From contig NC_043022.1 of assembly GCF_006345805.1 (NCBI RefSeq), positions 25,480,737 through 25,544,736 of the forward strand: a stretch of 64,000 nucleotides of DNA, given 5' to 3'. Below the pieces are notes generated by a model. That model searched no databases, was not told where the DNA came from, and worked only from the letters and a program-made list of their open reading frames with translations. The position numbers and the translations under genes are program-made. How positions within the stretch are numbered: the first letter of the stretch is position 1; every line of letters begins with the position of its first letter. This stretch comes from Octopus sinensis. Lineage: Eukaryota. This document shows positions 62,661-64,000 of the stretch, piece by piece.

Positions 62661-62793
62661 CATCACAGCTAACAAGGTACAACTCTACCGCCACTAGCAT
62701 AAACAACACAACCGATACTATACAGCCACCAACACCATCATCATCATCATCATCATCGGCAATACCAGTGTAATTACTTGTGATATTATCCTA

Positions 62794-62856
<63 letters not shown>

Positions 62857-62939
62857 TATGTATATACACACAATTATATGCATACATATATACATATATA
62901 ATTATATACATATATATGTGTGTGTCTGTATGTATAGTG

Positions 62940-63280
62940 AAGGCGCATGGATCAATAGTTAGAGCGTCGAGCTTACGATCCTGAGGTTGTGAGCTCGAAT
63001 CCCGGACCGGGCTGCGTATTGTGTTCTTGAGCAAGACACTTTATTTCACGTTGCTCCTGTTCACTCAGCTGTAGCAATGAGTTGCGACGTCACAGGTGCC
63101 AAACTGTATCGGCCCTTGCCTTTCCCTTGGATAACATCAGTGACGCGGAGAGAAGGAGGCTGATACGTATGGGAGACTGCTGGTCTTCCATAAACAACCT
63201 TGCCCGGACTTGTGCCTGGGAGGGTAACTTTCTAGGTGCAATCCCATGGTCTGTGTCGTGACCGAAGGGGGGGGGTCTCA
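62940..63280 (+). mobile_element. SINE D, full length
   Basis: tRNA-like head; core tgtgttcttgagcaagacactttatttcacgttgctcc...cagctgtag; tail ...gaccgaagggggg.tct. Confidence 0.88.
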
Positions 63281-63304
63281 GACTCAGATATAAGGCAATG
63301 AGGC

Positions 63305-63500
63305 AATGAGCTGACAGAATCGTTAGCACGCCGGGTATAATGCTAAGTGGCAGTCCTTTACGTTCTGAGTTCAAATTCCGCTGAGGTTGACTTTGCCTTT
63401 CATCCATTTTGGGGTTCGAGAAAATACGTACCAGCCATTTACTGGAGCCGATGTAATCGACTTGCCCGGAATTGCTACTCTTGTGCCAATATTTGAAACC
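63305..63500 (+). mobile_element. SINE A2
   Basis: gagctgacagaatcgttagcacgccggg...gttcaaattccgctgaggttgactttgcctttcatcc. Confidence 0.82.
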
Positions 63501-63509
63501 AGTTTTATC

Positions 63510-64000
63510 CTACTGCATCGTCGTTTCTATTGCCGACAGCGCCACCTCCTACATCACACATTCTATCATCATCTCCATCACCCTCACCAAAATAATCATC
63601 ACTCCAGCCTCACCTCCAATGCCAACCATCACCACAACATCAGCAGCATCACCATTACCACAACCACCATCGCCAATAACTGTACCACCACCAGCAATAA
63701 CAACAACACCTCCAATTGCACAACTACCAGCAGCAGCACCATCCACCTCTATTACAAAAAACAAGAACACCAGCACCATCACCACCACCACCACCACCAT
63801 CTCCACCAGCAGCAACAGCAGCAGCAGCATAACTTCCATTAATATGACCATTACAACCAACGGTAGCACCAGCCTCAGCACTAACAGTACTGAAAGCTTC
63901 ACCGCCAGAACCAGCCTCTCTATTGCCACCACTGTCGCAGTTCCTCTCCGAAAACAGCACCACCGCTATCACCGCCACAACTATCACAACCATTTACAAA
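63510..64000. repeat. Degenerate CAC/CAT/CAG trinucleotide low-complexity tract
   Basis: Direct reading. Confidence 0.85.

Overview
AT-rich, microsatellite-saturated eukaryotic DNA, most likely an intron or intergenic region of an octopus (coleoid cephalopod). The organism is inferred from the repeat families and simple-repeat load, not confirmed. No host protein-coding gene could be recognised; nearly all long ORFs in the track are translations of simple repeats. The window is a layered mobile-element landscape. It holds four SINE groups (labelled A/A2, B, C, D here; probably related to the octopus OK/OR1/OR2 SINEs, mapping not verified) and decayed LINEs (RTE types including a BovB-like and a C2H2-bearing one, CR1/L2-like, and an RT-less R4/Dong-like element). 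It also holds Penelope-like pieces, a mariner transposase pseudogene, several MITEs, a non-autonomous Helitron, a tRNA-Arg(ACG) pseudogene and several minisatellites. The best leads are: (1) an intact type I hammerhead ribozyme behind a Penelope GIY-YIG remnant, plus two variant hammerheads; (2) SINE A, which appears to insert at GGTA sites including its own head, forming head-to-tail arrays, and which shares its 3' tail with a LINE-like repeat; (3) several fold-back or inverted duplications, including 210-bp arms 3.2 kb apart and a 242-bp palindrome; (4) a probable twin-primed RTE insertion; (5) a minisatellite born from a SINE core. Coordinates were read by eye. Junctions with quoted motifs should be exact or nearly so; other boundaries may be off by about 10-30 bp.
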